Of a DNA stretch of 64,000 nt, positions 13,522 through 27,392 are shown in pieces (the first letter of the stretch is position 1; each line of letters opens with the position of its first letter). A program made the position numbers and the translations under genes. Source of the DNA: Octopus bimaculoides (lineage: Eukaryota). The stretch is from NCBI RefSeq assembly GCF_001194135.2, contig NC_068982.1, forward strand, positions 90,032,476 through 90,096,475. The letters run 5' to 3'. The notes under the pieces were generated by a model that had not been told where the DNA came from, did not search any database, and saw only the letters and a list, made by a program, of their open reading frames with translations.

Positions 13522-14094
13522 TATATCCAAAACCGTTAGAGATACCCAACATGTTGCCATTTAGGATTTGTTTTTCGGGAGCAAAGAATCGGCTTCAGAG
13601 AATTAGCTTCGAAAGAAGATATGAGTATTTAGAACTATTTTCTAAAGAAAGATAAGTTTCAGCATCCTTATGTTAATTAAAATGAATGACAGAATGAATA
13701 CATCGGTTAATAAAATAAATAGATAAATAAATGAATAATGAATAAAGCATATGATCAGTTGTGAAGGGAGAGACATAAAGGGAGAACAATATAAGGTTTA
13801 GTATCAAAAGGAAGTTCAGAGACAGAAAGGTGNNNNNNNNNNACAGAAAGGTGGGCTTGAATTGTTGGAATTTCACGCGCTGCTTATTTTGAGAGTTGGC
13901 AACCTTTTTTTTTTTTTTTATTTCAAAAACATTGATATAGTATCCGCATTCACCCATACTCCTTTTATCTGAATGAACATAAGCACATAAGCACACACGT
14001 TCATACATTTATATACGTGCGTTAGTAAGTACATACATATTTATACATTTATACATACTCGCATTCGGGCGCTAAAACCACATATATATATGTA

Positions 14095-14276
14095 CGAGGG
14101 GTTGCTGAGAATCAGTTAATTACGATTTTAATCAATATGTTCCTCTTTTGCATTCACACACTTGCTGCAGTGGCCCTTCAGTTTTTTCAAAGCCCTGAAA
14201 AGAACTCGGAAGTTTGGGCCTCCAACCAGGCCTTTGACGACACCCTTATAGCCAGGAACTTTTCAGCACCTTCTCG
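14095..14276 (+). mobile_element. mariner-type MITE (~180 bp) with TA TSD
   Basis: TA|CGAGGGGTTGCTGA...TCAGCACCTTCTCG|TA. A second, truncated, oppositely oriented copy lies at 33763-33892. Confidence 0.85.
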
Positions 14277-14531
14277 TACGCACGCACGCGCGCACAAACA
14301 CACACACACACACACACACATACACACACACACACACACACACATACACATTCACGTGTATGCTAGCTTACGTTAGCTTATGGTCTAGTGCTACAAATAT
14401 TCAATTATATTCATTTTCGTTTCACAATAATACAAAGATATTTTATAGCTCTTAAGTAATTGGTGTCCAACTTTATGAGTTTTAATTTTACTAAATTAAG
14501 CAACAATATTTTCAATATTACAGAATAATGT

Positions 14532-14920
14532 GGGCGCAGGTATAGCTATGTCATTAAGAAGTTCGCTTTGCAACCACGTCGTTTTGAGGTCAGTCCTACT
14601 ACATGACCTTTTGGGCATGTCTTTCTTACTATAGCCCCGGGGCGACCAAAGCCTTGTGGGTGAATTTAGTTGACGGAAATCGTATAGAACCCGATCTTGC
14701 ATGTGTGCGTGTGTGTGTGTGTGTTCGTGCCTGTGTTTGTCTCGACCACTACACACTCGCTGGTTTGTTTACGTATCTATAATCTAGCAGTTCAACAGAA
14801 GACACTGATAGAGTAAGTAATAGACTTGAAATATATATATAAGTACTGAAATCGATTTGTTCGACAAAAACTCATCAAGGCAATGTTCAAACATAGGCGC
14901 ACATTAATGACAGAAACAAA
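14532..14920 (+). mobile_element. tRNA-derived SINE, family B, near full length
   Basis: GGGCGCAGG head with degenerate box A/B, CCAAAGCCTTGTGGGTGAATTT body, internal (GT)n, and a TCGATTTGTTCGAC...GAAACAA tail. Confidence 0.85.
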
Positions 14921-16715
14921 CAGAAGCGATATAATTCACCTGACCTAAAATATAGGATGTTTAAAATAAATACCAGCACAACTAACATTGCAGCATTATA
15001 ATCGATACTGAAGGGATGCTACATACAAAGTGCATTAGACCATATGTAAATTAGATGTAAATGAGGCAACATCCCCTTGGACACAGATTGCGTGTCTTTT
15101 TCAATTATCTGTTGAATTTTAATTAATTTTAACCTAATCTATATTCGGGTGTTGTCTCCCGTGCCACCGTTGGCCTGAATTAATCATTTAGTTATTTTGT
15201 TTTCCCCACAATACAAGGTGTGATTTTAATGAATTCGAACTCCTGACTCATTGAATTTATGTACGTTCGTATCAAGTTTAGACTGAACTTTTTTCCTTTG
15301 CACTGAAATAGCATTTATAAACGGTTACACCTCCCATAAACTCATTACTTTTTCTACACTTGTTGAGTAGACAATTAATAAATATGCAAAAGTAGAGTAA
15401 TAATCATATCATTAATGTTCCTGTTGGTCTTTAATCTAGAAAAGCTGTGAAAGACCAGTGGCTTTCCAGCCATGATTATTCGACTGTATTTCAAACAGTA
15501 CAACTAACACAGTATTTTCCGACAATTCTTTCATTTATATGATGGTAGGGTTTGGCTAGAAGGATATGCGAATGTTATTTCTAACAAATTAAGCAAGCAT
15601 AAAAAAGCTCCTTACGAAATTGAGTCAATCATATATTGTTGCCTAAGAAGATGGAACATTGACAGTGGAAGATTAAGTATTATATATTTTATCACTGATG
15701 ACTTTATGAGTAATCTGTTATTCCGAATGTCTCTATCCTCATAGTTGTGGATAGATAACCTATGGTAAATACAGAGTTACTAATGCAAACAAGAGAAATG
15801 CTGTACAATTTTACATATATTATGTTTGTTAAGTATTTAATCTCGTATAGTACTGCTCAGTTATAACAAAATCCGTCAGATATTCGTTTTCTATTTCTTT
15901 GGGTTCGACTGCATCGATGTACCTAAACTGCAGCCCAGCTCTATTTCTAGTCTTGACACTTTTAAGTGGATCATGTATATATATATTTATGTATAAGTTA
16001 TCCAAATGGACTGCTGCTACATGCTGATATAATACTAACCATCGTAGTATTAACATGTCATTAATTACGCTCTCAACAACAAGGTGTTGGCAATGTCGTT
16101 GAAGTGTCAGTGTGTTTCTGTCTATATAATCAGAGTTTCGGATGCGAAAACCAACAGTATTCATAAAATGTGCTCAAACAATTCGAGACAGAATGTTGTT
16201 AGTTATCTTATATATTCAGTATGAACTTCTGAAAAAAAGGTTACTGTAGAGAAGTATTTAAGTAGGCAATCCAGAGGTTTCTGAGAATTAACGCTTTAAA
16301 ATAATTCTTAATACGAGGTCTCATGAATGCAAAACATTAGATGTGATCAGATGCCGGAAGAGTAGCGATAAGGCTATTCACTATCGACACCGTATATCCT
16401 AAAGTGGTTTTCTCCCCTGCAACGTTGTATAGTTTTCAGCTACACAAATAAGTTTAATACGCGATATATTGATGTGGACTCCGTTTGATCATATTAATGC
16501 AACTGAGACAGCAATCTCTTCGTACCAGAGCAAGCCACAATAATTTTTCTCCCGAGGAAATATAATCAGAGTCATCTTCAATAGTTGTAGTTTCTAATTT
16601 AAGATGATCAATTGAGATATATTCGGTTTTGATTAAAAAGAGCAAAATTACATATTTCTATGCTTTTAAGATCACTTTACTTCTGAAGCTATTTAAGGCA
16701 AGGGATTGAAAGAAT

Positions 16716-16830
16716 CGTTGGAGCGTCGACCAAATATCTCTGCAGTAATTAGTTATGGCTATTTACATTATGAGTTCAAATCCCACAAAGGTCAACTATT
16801 CTTTTAACTTTCCCGTGTTTTATAAAATAA
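16716..16830 (+). mobile_element. SINE family A, decayed 5' part
   Basis: GAATCGTTGGAGCGTCG...GAGTTCAAATCCC...GGTCAAC matches the copy at 17383. Confidence 0.6.
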
Positions 16831-17239
16831 AGTACTGATACGGAAGGCCACTGAAATCCACGGGCGCATTGCCATTTTCTATAATGATTGAAAAAGATAA
16901 AAAATACTGACGTCGAATCAATATTGTTATAAAGCATCACAGATATAAATGGAATTGTAATTAATATTCTGAACGTCTCATCGCTAATTCTAGTATTCGC
17001 TGTTCAAAGACTCGAAAACAAATTTGTTTCACACTTCATGTTGTGGAGTTAGTCTCAAAATTATATAAGCACATTAATGTCATAAAACTACCCCTGAGTT
17101 TTGTGAAAACTGGTGAAGGCTTCTGTATGTACAGATATGAAAGAATAAGGGCTGATGAGAATTCCTTCATTATTCCGCTACGTTCTATAGAGATGTAGCT
17201 TAATTCAATATTGCTTGCCAATGTTGGCACGAGGCCAGC

Positions 17240-17345
17240 AGTTTCAGAGGAGAAGGCTAGTCACTTACATCGCCCCAGGTAAAGACGGACGAAATGCCAG
17301 TAAGCATTTTGCTCGGCGTACTAACAATTCCGTCAGTTCACTGCT
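17240..17345 (-). mobile_element. SINE family A, internally deleted copy
   Basis: Reverse complement ...GGAATTGTTAGTACGCCGAGCAAAATGCTTACTGGCATTTCGTCCGTCTTT matches the head of the adjacent + copy. Confidence 0.75.
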
Positions 17346-17382
17346 TTAGAGCTTAATTCAGCACCACACAAACTATTAAAGG

Positions 17383-17578
17383 GAATCGTTAGCACGCCGG
17401 GAAAAATGCTTAACGGTATTTCGTCTGTCTTGAAGTTCTGAGTTCAAATTTCGCCGAGATCGACTTTGTCTTTCATCCTTTCGGGGTCGATAAAGTAAAT
17501 ACCAGTTAAAAACTGAGATATGTAAGTGACTCACCCCTCCCCCAAAAACTCTGGCCTTGTACCAAAATTTGAAACCAA
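17383..17578 (+). mobile_element. tRNA-derived SINE, family A (~190 bp)
   Basis: Box A-like GAATCGTTAGC, box B GAGTTCAAATTTCGCC, core TTTCATCCTTTCGGGGTCGATAAA. Many dispersed copies occur in the window. Confidence 0.88.
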
Positions 17579-20103
17579 TATTAAGCGAACTATTCATAAG
17601 TAACTGTGTTCTACCAACAACTTAACCTGTTATCAACCAATGATGTTGCCGTTGGTCTTTATTTCCAGATTTGTTCCTATTGAATAAACCCATGTTTAAA
17701 AGTGTTTCAAGCGTGACCATCACGTTTCTTTTTTTTTTTTTTTTTTTTCATAAATAAAGTGTATATAGGACGACATAATTCAACGGTTCTTTCCTCTCAT
17801 ATGACGGTGCCATAAAATTTAGGGACATTTTCATTGCCTCTTCAAGTAGATACCACTTCTTCGCTTGTAACAATCAATGATTTGTAGGAAATTACAATAA
17901 ATCTCAGATGAAGTAATTCGGTTTGCTGGTAAGGATCTTTTTGTTTGAAACAGCGTAGCGCGGATGACGTGTTGTGAGCCCTTAAACACTAATTAGTTGC
18001 TTGAGCTCGTCATACTGAATTCTTCCCTGTTTTATTAAATTCTTGTGAATTTCCGTGGCTATGGAAGCGAGATTTACAGAACAAATTGTCTATGGAGGTA
18101 ATTTAACGACTTAACGTGATATTCCAATAATGAAGACATTAAAATTTCTAAATTGAAGACATCTTGGAGCAGCTGTTTCATATGTAATTATAATAAGAAT
18201 AATAAAATATAATTTAATGAATTTAGTAACTGCGTGTTACTAATTTATATTAATTTGTTAACTGATATATTAGGAAAAGATGACTTGCTTTCCTTGACAT
18301 GAGTGTGTTTCCTTTGAACGACTGCGTTAAATGTCTTATATCCGCTGTGTTTATATTAAGTACTGATAACGGGATTCTAAATTTTAAAATCTGAATGTCA
18401 TTAGATTGACGAAAACCAAAAATTTCTACTTGGAAATAGAAATTAATTAGTTTTATATTCCATTTGATTTGTCATTGTTTCTTATTTTATTTATTCTTTT
18501 CTTTTATTTTGTTTGCTATTTTTCAGTTTGATTTTGATTTCTTTTGTATTGATCGAAAGTTACATTAATTACTCTGCTTGTAGCAATTGAAAGAGAATTA
18601 TTAGAATTTTAGAGAAAACTCTTCTGAAGACATGCTGACATGAGGACCGGTAACGAATACAAATAAGGGTTAAGGGAGTTTGGTATCTCTGAAATGTCAG
18701 AGGATCTGATGTGGGAGTAACAATTAAAAAAATAAATTAAAGATTATGGATCTTAAAATTGCATTGCGTCATGTAAACGTGTCTCTGCCTTACACTCTAG
18801 TCTGGATACCACGAGAGAATGATGATGACGGTGAACATTACAAATCACAGTTTCGAAGCTTCNNNNNNNNNNAAAAAAAAAAAAAAAAATCTGATTCATA
18901 TCCGTCGTTCTACCTGTTGAACGGGAACAACGAATTGCATTTGTTTGAAACTTCCCAGCGTTCACATGGTTTGTGATTCATGGTAATTCGATGAGGTGGT
19001 GGGCAGTAATGCATGTGTGTGTGTGTGCGCGCACACACACACGCACACACACACACAATCTCACACATACGCACATGCACATTCGCTACACGCCATCTTT
19101 CGGGAACGACACTGATGCAATGCCACTTACCAATGAACTTCATTACTATACCTCATACTACATTACCACCGATAAGCTCAATCACTCCGTTCAACCAGAA
19201 AATTAAGTCTTCCCCCTGTGATGGATTTAACAAACACAGCAGTTACTCTTTGCTCATCTTCCCTGTAAATAGTGGGGTAGCTAGAATGTGTGCCATTCGG
19301 GGAAGCTCTTCAGTTTACTATCTGTCCCATGCTACTAAGACTATGCAGGTTAACGCAGCCGACCTACAGTGCCGCTCCCATAAAAGAAAAACCGTTGCGT
19401 GGGACAACTGGTCTGTCTCTATGCGCCTCGTGAAGCTTAGCCGATTATAGACCATCAAAATTATAGTCTAATATAACCAGGTGTGTCTTATACAACAGTT
19501 AATGCGCATATACCATGCACTGCTTCATCTTTAGTGCAGACGAATACCAGCTTTGAACAAATCAGTGAAATAGAACAGAACATATGGTAACATCTACAAA
19601 CTAAAAAGAAAAAAGAAAATGAGAAGCAAGAAATTCATTTAAATTACTAATAGATAGAACGGTGGAACAAATCGAAAATAAAAGAAGTCACCAGAGGGTA
19701 TCAAATTAATAAATTAACGCGTGAATAAATTCTGAATTATGTTAATAACCAAAATATAATTACGAACAATCTGACCTCAATTTATGCGGTCAGTAGCAAC
19801 AGCAAAAGCAATCTGATATTAAACGACACTATTCAACTACTGTAGCAGTCGAAGTCTACTAATAGACTGACCTTTGACACTAGCAGAGCAATCAAAGAAC
19901 GTCACTATTGAACATATACTTGCGATAGACACAAACTCTTACTCATGTCTGACTCACTCTCTTACAAAACTATAACAATATCAATTTCACTGAGCAGAAG
20001 GAGTATCTTCGGTCGTTCAGCTTTACTTTCCTGTTTGTGGTACAGACGTTTCAACGTACCCTGCTCAAGAATAGGTTGTCTCACATGAAATGTCGTATTT
20101 TAA

Positions 20104-21225
20104 ATGGGTCATCTATAAATGGATTTTTAATGAGTTTCTATGTATATGCTTGTGTTTACTCTTAACTCTTTTTCTTTCTAGACAATACTATTATTCAAAA
20201 TTGCTACCAACAGCTCTTATAACAATGTTGCCAACTGAACAATACCGAATTATTTTGTTGTACGAATACAAGTAGGGTCACTGAAGCTCTACGAAATATC
20301 AAGCAGGCTTTTGGTAACGATTATGTTAACATTAGAACTGTTCAGCGATAGTTCCAAAGATTTATTTCAGGAAATGAAAGCCTTAACAATGAACCAAGAG
20401 GAGACCAAAATTAGTTATTCGGCATAATGAATTGAATGCTTTGGTTAAACAAAATCCGAAATCAACGGTCCTAAAAATCGGATCAGAGCTCCAGACAAAT
20501 TCCGGCAACTACTTCTCGACACTTGAAGAAAATTGGAAAAGTCAAGAAAATAATAAAAAAATAGATAGGTTTTTCCCCATCAACTTAATGAGATTCAAAG
20601 AAACAGACGCCTTACAGTGTGTTCCATGTTGATTTCTCAGTTGGAAAGAGAACAATGTTTGTATCGACTCATTAGGTGTGATGAGAAAGGAATTCTCTTT
20701 GATAACAGGAGGAGGACAGGACAATGGTTAGATGCAGGAGAGTCACCAAAACACTACCCAAAACCACTATTGTACCCGAAGAACATGATGGTCACTGTTT
20801 GGTGGTCAAGAAAGGGGATTATTCATTATTTATTTTTGCAACTGTAACAGCAACACCCTATTGCCAGGAAATTGATTGTATGCATGAAAAATTAAAAAGA
20901 AGCAACCCAGATTAGTGAATAGAGATGGCGCAATTTTGTTTTATGATAATGCACGGCCTCACACTTCTCAAGTAACGGTCCACAAGTCACAAAACGTGAA
21001 TTATGAAATTTTGGCACATCCTCCTTATTGTCCTGATAGCTTTCCTACCGATTATCACATATTTAAACACTTCGGGCTTCCTATACTCAATAAAACATTC
21101 TTAAATAAAGAAGAGGTAATTGAAGCATTCGAACAGTTTATCAGTGTAAAAGATGATAAATTCTTTGAAACTTAGTGGTACATTGGATGAAGTTCATAAA
21201 TGAACAAGGATCATATTTGATTAGA
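20104..21225 (+). pseudogene. mariner (DD34D) transposon, degraded; right end lost in a 10-N gap
   Basis: ATG at 20225 (MLPTEQYRIILLYEYK). Motifs IRCDEKGILFDN, FYDNARPH and HPPYCPDSFPTDYHIFKH, with 34 residues between the 2nd and 3rd D. Many stops and frameshifts. Left TIR-like TGGGTCATCTATAAAT near 20105. Confidence 0.92.
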
Positions 21226-21250
21226 NNNNNNNNNNTATATATATATATAT

Positions 21251-21310
21251 AGTCCAACCCATGCTAGCATGGAAAGCGGACGTTAAACGATGATGATGAT
21301 GATGATGATG
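21251..21310 (+). mobile_element. 3' tail of a SINE/LINE ending in (GAT)n
   Basis: GTCCAACCCATGCTAGCATGGAAAGCGGACGTTAAACGATGATG. Recognised from memory as a common octopus retroposon tail. Confidence 0.6.
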
Positions 21311-21342
<32 letters not shown>

Positions 21343-22779
21343 GTATTTATGTATCTATGCATATACATTTATTTATTTATATACATTTTATCTATGTACT
21401 TATATGTATGAATCTTTGTGTGGTATTTGTCCGTGTGTGTGTGTATACATATTGTATTTCGGGGTAAGCATTTTGTTTTTGTCAAATAAGCACAGGCACT
21501 ATATATTTTTCGCTCGTTTATTATTGAGGCTTCACACATAAGAGTAGACAGACCGAGCCTCAATAGAAAACACGAATGGAACAGTAACACCCACGACCAC
21601 ACCACACCACACCGCATGACTAAAAAGAGAAGGAATGAGAAGAGATAGGGGAAAATCGTAAATAATACACAGAAATATTCAGAGTAATATACACACAGTA
21701 GACATATATGCATTTACCTGTGTCACTTATGTGAAATAGAGATCGATGTACAAAAGGAAAAAGATATATAAATATATTCGTCACATACCTGTGATGAATA
21801 TAAGACATAGAGATAGATAAAATAAATAATGTAAATTATATAAAGGGTATGCATACATACAACATACGAAGCGAATCCATACACACACACAAACACACAC
21901 ATAAGAAATTCCATGTCCAGCCATAACAATGTCAACAACACAATTAACGACGACAGCAGCGGCGGCCATGACAACAGAAGTTTATCATTTAAATATATAT
22001 GAGCCTGTCTAGATATGCAACTATATGCATAAGAATACATACATAAAGCAAGACATACAAGTCTGCACATATACGTACATAAATACATACATACACACAT
22101 ACATACATACAAAAAATATCCTGTTGTTCATGTTAAAATTTCAATGAAGGCGCCATGAATATAGGTTAGAAACCGGCTCTTTCTTTATTTGCAAGAAATA
22201 TCGAAATAAAGCTGAACAATGATAAACATATATACATACACACATACATAATGAAGCCGTCAACATCAGACGTGCAAGGGTAGAGGGCAGTTTTTTAAAT
22301 ATACTTTTCTTCTACATTTATGCCGATTCCTCCAGTGACTGGTCTCTTTCCCCAGTTATAAATAAGAGAAACTCTTTTTACCTACCTACATGGCCTTATT
22401 GAAAACGGATTTTAAAAAAATATACCTCATACTAAGTGGAATTTCGCTAACGCGGTTATGGCTGAGACTAATACAACTATCACCACCGACGAAAATCGCA
22501 TACATACGCATACGTGAATACATATATACCTCTGTCTGTTTCGGAATGTGTATGTACACATCGGTGAGAAAATCAATACACTTGTGGTGATTCTTCTACC
22601 TGAATTATTCAAACATTACTTTTGTCACTGTCACCATAGTAATTGCAGTGAATCGGTGATCAGTCCTACGAATACGATGGCATTTCTCGCAAAATATACC
22701 ATTCCAGCATAAGTACAGAAGAAAATAATTTGACTCACGTCTACGGTAAGAAAGTTATTTATATTCCACGTTAGAGTGG

Positions 22780-22817
<38 letters not shown>

Positions 22818-23743
22818 NNNNNNNNNNNNNNNNNNNNNNNNNNNNNNNNNNNNNNNNNNNNNNNNNNNNNNNNNNNNNNNNNNNNNNNNNNNNNNNNNNN
22901 NNNNNNNNNNNNNNNNNNNNNNNNNNNNNNNNNNNNNNNNNNNNNNNNNNNNNNNNNNNNNNNNNNNNNNNNNNNNNNNNNNNNNNNNNNNNNNNNNNNN
23001 NNNNNNNNNNNNNNNNNNNNNNNNNNNNNNNNNNNNNNNNNNNNNNNNNNNNNNNNNNNNNNNNNNNNNNNNNNNNNNNNNNNNNNNNNNNNNNNNNNNN
23101 NNNNNNNNNNNNNNNNNNNNNNNNNNNNNNNNNNNNNNNNNNNNNNNNNNNNNNNNNNNNNNNNNNNNNNNNNNNNNNNNNNNNNNNNNNNNNNNNNNNN
23201 NNNNNNNNNNNNNNNNNNNNNNNNNNNNNNNNNNNNNNNNNNNNNNNNNNNNNNNNNNNNNNNNNNNNNNNNNNNNNNNNNNNNNNNNNNNNNNNNNNNN
23301 NNNNNNNNNNNNNNNNNNNNNNNNNNNNNNNNNNNNNNNNNNNNNNNNNNNNNNNNNNNNNNNNNNNNNNNNNNNNNNNNNNNNNNNNNNNNNNNNNNNN
23401 NNNNNNNNNNNNNNNNNNNNNNNNNNNNNNNNNNNNNNNNNNNNNNNNNNNNNNNNNNNNNNNNNNNNNNNNNNNNNNNNNNNNNNNNNNNNNNNNNNNN
23501 NNNNNNNNNNNNNNNNNNNNNNNNNNNNNNNNNNNNNNNNNNNNNNNNNNNNNNNNNNNNNNNNNNNNNNNNNNNNNNNNNNNNNNNNNNNNNNNNNNNN
23601 NNNNNNNNNNNNNNNNNNNNNNNNNNNNNNNNNNNNNNNNNNNNNNNNNNNNNNNNNNNNNNNNNNNNNNNNNNNNNNNNNNNNNNNNNNNNNNNNNNNN
23701 NNNNNNNNNNNNNNNNNNNNNNNNNNNNNNNNNNNNNNNNNNN
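22818..23743. other. assembly gap (N run). Others at 42711-43289, 46629-46728, 62536-62615; 10-N gaps at 13833, 18863, 21226, 60158
   Basis: Directly visible. Confidence 1.
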
Positions 23744-25017
23744 TTTACTATTTCTTAAAGTAGCATACTGTGTGCCACCCTTGCCGAAACTCACATAATG
23801 TATTGGCCTCACCATTGTTCGTCATCTCTGCATTGCCCTATAAAATCCACTGAATACATTCGTCTCATTTTCGCTAATCAAGCTTTCAATGTTACATTAT
23901 TTCTGATCAGTCGCCTCCTGTCATTTCTTTATACTTATGAGTTGTGCTGCTGCCCACGCCAGCCCTTCTGTGAGGTACTACATCTATAATCAGTCTGAAG
24001 CCTCGACACTTCTCCACATCCTAAATCCTCTCTAACAACAATCTTCTGGGACTCTCCTCTACCAACTTCTCTCCATACATTGATTTTTAGAAATATGAGC
24101 TGCACAGGGCTTATGTCAACCTTATCAATCACAGAGGAGGTCCTATTGTTATAGACTTCCTCGTACACCATATTGGATATACAACTATGGCTATAGCCAT
24201 ATATAATCCCTAAAATGTAGCGATCAAAATATTTATGCCACGCTTGTTGCAGACAACAGAAATCTAAATTTATATGAAAATGTTTAGTAATCCACCTTTT
24301 TTTGGTTGCTTCTTATTAACGACCAAGAAAAAGTAGCTACGTCATAAGATTAGTAAGGCTTTAAGAAGCGAACTAGTGAGTCAGACGTTCATTCTAGTTT
24401 ATGAATGTCTTGATTATCTTCTTGAAAGACACACAGGAAATTACACCAGATATAGATTCAATATTCTTTGACTGGAGTGAAAAAGATGTTTGCTGAAAAT
24501 GGGAGGTTGTCAGAGATCCAATAAATGTTTATAACAGTATCGGAAGTGTTAACTTTCTTGAAGTACTTTTTACAAAACTAAATAAGAATGATTGAGTACC
24601 ATGATGCAATGCGCTGAATAAATAATACAATGTAACTGCGTAACTATGAAGTGGTTAAGGCATTTTTTTTCTTTTAGAAGGCTCTAGGAAAGGAAACAGT
24701 TCATTTGGAAAAGGGATTGTTATTGAATATTGGCAAATGAATTGATTTTTCAAGAAGAATTAGAAAAAAATCTATAATAATTTGCTTCCATTATCACTAT
24801 TTGTATTTGCATCAAAATGTTATTGTACAGAAACAAATTAACTTCGCTTTGGTGCAATCATCTCCGTCATTTTGTTGATTTTATAAATAATATAGCTCAG
24901 TAATTTATAAACACAAGTTGCATAATTTCTTTTTACATACAACTAGATAATCACTAACATTCGTGAAGCGATGCAGACAATTTCAGAATGGGCAAGCTTT
25001 CATTTTTTGTGAATGTA

Positions 25018-25019
25018 TC

Positions 25020-25059
<40 letters not shown>

Positions 25060-25117
25060 TTAATAATAATAACAACAAACACAACAGCAGTAACGAAGAT
25101 GATGATGGTGATGATGG

Positions 25118-25149
<32 letters not shown>

Positions 25150-25155
25150 GTGATG
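25018..25155. repeat. (AAT)n and (GAT)n microsatellites
   Basis: Directly visible. Confidence 0.97.
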
Positions 25156-25709
25156 AATTTTTTTTTCCTTTTTATACAAATAATAATGATACTCCTCAAT
25201 GAAGTCTTTCATAAGATAGCATCAATACATACTTATCTCATTTTTACGATTAATTTTCTACTCAGCTGTTATATTGTAGTTTTCAAACAGCCTTTCTTCT
25301 CTTCATAATTATTTATATTGACTAGATACAAAAGAAATTAATGTGTAGAGTAATATGTATAGTCTATCGTACCATTCACAGAATTTTTGTGGCATTAATT
25401 TTATTGACTGAGAATATATGAGTGGCTTCGTTAACCGCGACGAGTTTGATCGCAGAACACTTTGACAGGTTGGCCCTAAAATAGCAGACCTACGATTATC
25501 AATACTTAAGCCGTGACTATCCCATTATTTTCAGACATTGTACATATGTTATCCAATGGTTTTATTTTATTTCAGATAGTAGCATGTGATTTGAGCTCCT
25601 ACTTCTAGCAAACCATGTGCCCATTGACTAGCAACTACTGTTCGACAGTGTGTCGAACCTATCACCTTCACTAATACATTCTTTAAATGCCAATAACTCG
25701 CTATGTTTA

Positions 25710-25903
25710 AGGCGGCGAGCGGGTAGAAGCGTTGGCACGACGGGGAAAAAATACTTAGCCGCATTTCATTCGTCCTTACGTTCTGAGTTCAAATTCCGCC
25801 TTTCATCCTTTCGAAGTCGATAAAATAAGTACCAGCTGAGAGCGATGTAATTGACTAAACTTCTCCTCCGAAATTGCTGGCCTTATGCCAAAATTTGGAA
25901 CCA
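25710..25903 (+). mobile_element. SINE family A, near full length
   Basis: AAGGCGGCGAGC head, GAGTTCAAATTCCGCC box B, GCTGGCCTTATGCCAAAATTTGG tail. Confidence 0.88.
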
Positions 25904-25949
25904 GTAACTAGCAGAAGCACCTGGGTGACATAATCAAGAGTAGAGACAT

Positions 25950-26125
25950 AAGCCTTTAAATCACAATCCTCCGTATCTAACTAGCTTAACTGGTACTTAC
26001 TTTTTTCAATTTGGCAACGATAAAAAAGTGAAATCGACTTGGGTGAGATTTGAAACACTGAAAGTTAAGAGACAAAATTAAGTAATAATTACTGTAAGAT
26101 ATTCTATCGATCCTGCCATTCAAGG
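25950..26125 (-). mobile_element. SINE family A, decayed. Further decayed copies at about 13205-13300(-), 27440-27520(-), 39190-39385(-), 51850-52085(-), 54235-54350(-), 54410-54540(-), 55085-55210(+), 59425-59620(+), 61320-61400(+)
   Basis: Reverse-complement similarity to the 17383 and 25710 copies (e.g. AACTGGTACTT...ATCGACTTGGGTGAGATTTGAA). Confidence 0.6.
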
Positions 26126-26994
26126 CCTTTTTAATATCTTGTAAAGAAAGTCTATTCGTGCTCACTGCAATCTGAAAAGACAGTCAAACCTCTCAACATT
26201 CTATGGTCTTAGTAAAACAAAGGATACATAGGATAACACAGTCCTATACACCGATAACAATAGAATGGAAAGCCCTTCATCGTAAGTCTACTCAACCCCC
26301 TAATGCAGTATTTTGTCTCATTATGTCGACTCTAAATAGTAATACACTTACTTTACAACTAAACGTCCACCTACGCTTCTCTTCAGTATTAAACTAATGT
26401 TAGTTTCTTGACTACATAGAAAACATAACAGAACCAACATCTTACGTTTTGCAATGAACAATAATCCATTAGTAAGTGTAATTATAGTTACGTAAGTGAC
26501 GGTGAGATTAGTGTTCTTAAATAATGCCGAGATGTCTCACAGCGAATGAAAGACTAAGTAAATATTATAATAAAGCAAAATTCCTAGTTGCGACATTTGT
26601 CTAACAAAATCGGTTAATGGTTTCCTAAATAGAAATTATTCCGCTAACTTTTATTCAATCTACAAAAATAATCTGTACTGATATGGTATGAAAATTATGT
26701 ATTTTATTTGATTTCCTTTGATCCCGAAATCTACTACGGTCTCCGAAGATTCTAGCTATTTCTATCACACTGTTTTTCGTATTTCTTCTGTTAAAACTCA
26801 ACTGATTGGTTGAGACATTTGATATTTCTCACTCACAATGTCTTCATCGTATTATTGTAGCAAAATAAACTCTCGTTTTACACCCCATACAACCATCTCA
26901 TATGTCAATTTTAATCATTGAAGTGCATGGAAAGAATCGTGACATTTTGTTTGAAATGTTAGACCAAAGACCAAGTTGTGTTCATTGTTACTAT

Positions 26995-27392
26995 ATAGGT
27001 ACATGTCAGCACCGACAGAATCGACCTATGATCAGAGATATTCAAGAAATACTATCATTTTAAGCAAAGTGTATCATAGACTGCAGTAATCAATGTCTTC
27101 TTATTTACTCGAGATAGCAGTGTGAGATATGAAGAAGATTTAGCTGTCATTTCTTGCACATTGAACGACTACATACAGACTTCCTTGTTGACTCGTGCAA
27201 AACCCAATTTTTTTGGTGATTCGACTTGCTAGAAATACCACTCAAACCTGTCACAAAACACATCCTAGTGTCTTTGACAACGGGACATGTCAATCTACGT
27301 AGTTACTGGATATAGAAAACAAAAATGCTTACAAGTGTGTTTGATCATTGGTCTACACGATTGGGCAGAACTTGGGACTAAATAACAACGAC
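26995..27392. mobile_element. ~400-bp MITE-like repeat with diverged terminal inverted repeats. Fragments also at about 31190-31345, 38905-39110, 39555-39700, 55340-55502, 58285-58350, 58580-58652
   Basis: Left GACCTATGATCA versus right TGATCATTGGTC. Internal GCTAGAAATA motif is shared with 55357. Ends in ...CTAAATAACAAC. Confidence 0.55.

Noticed and set aside
13820-13855. ACAGAAAGGTG duplicated on both sides of a 10-N gap
   Set aside because: This is the typical unmerged contig overlap, an assembly artefact.
15829-16164. 111-aa minus-strand ORF, plus 60-100 aa ORFs at 11048, 12362, 16454, 17036 and 36243
   Set aside because: No motif was recognised. With a stop about every 14 codons expected at this AT content, roughly one ORF of this size is expected by chance across six frames of the window.
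17383-17460. tRNA genes at box A/B motifs (also 16770, 25780, 59480)
   Set aside because: No cloverleaf is present, and each continues into a SINE body.
22631-23815. Longest ORFs in the track (394, 340, 249 and 215 aa)
   Set aside because: They are open only because they cross N gaps.
23900-24110. Possible further CR1-like 3' remnants (also 33400-33640 and 37120-37300)
   Set aside because: They are too degenerate to support by eye.
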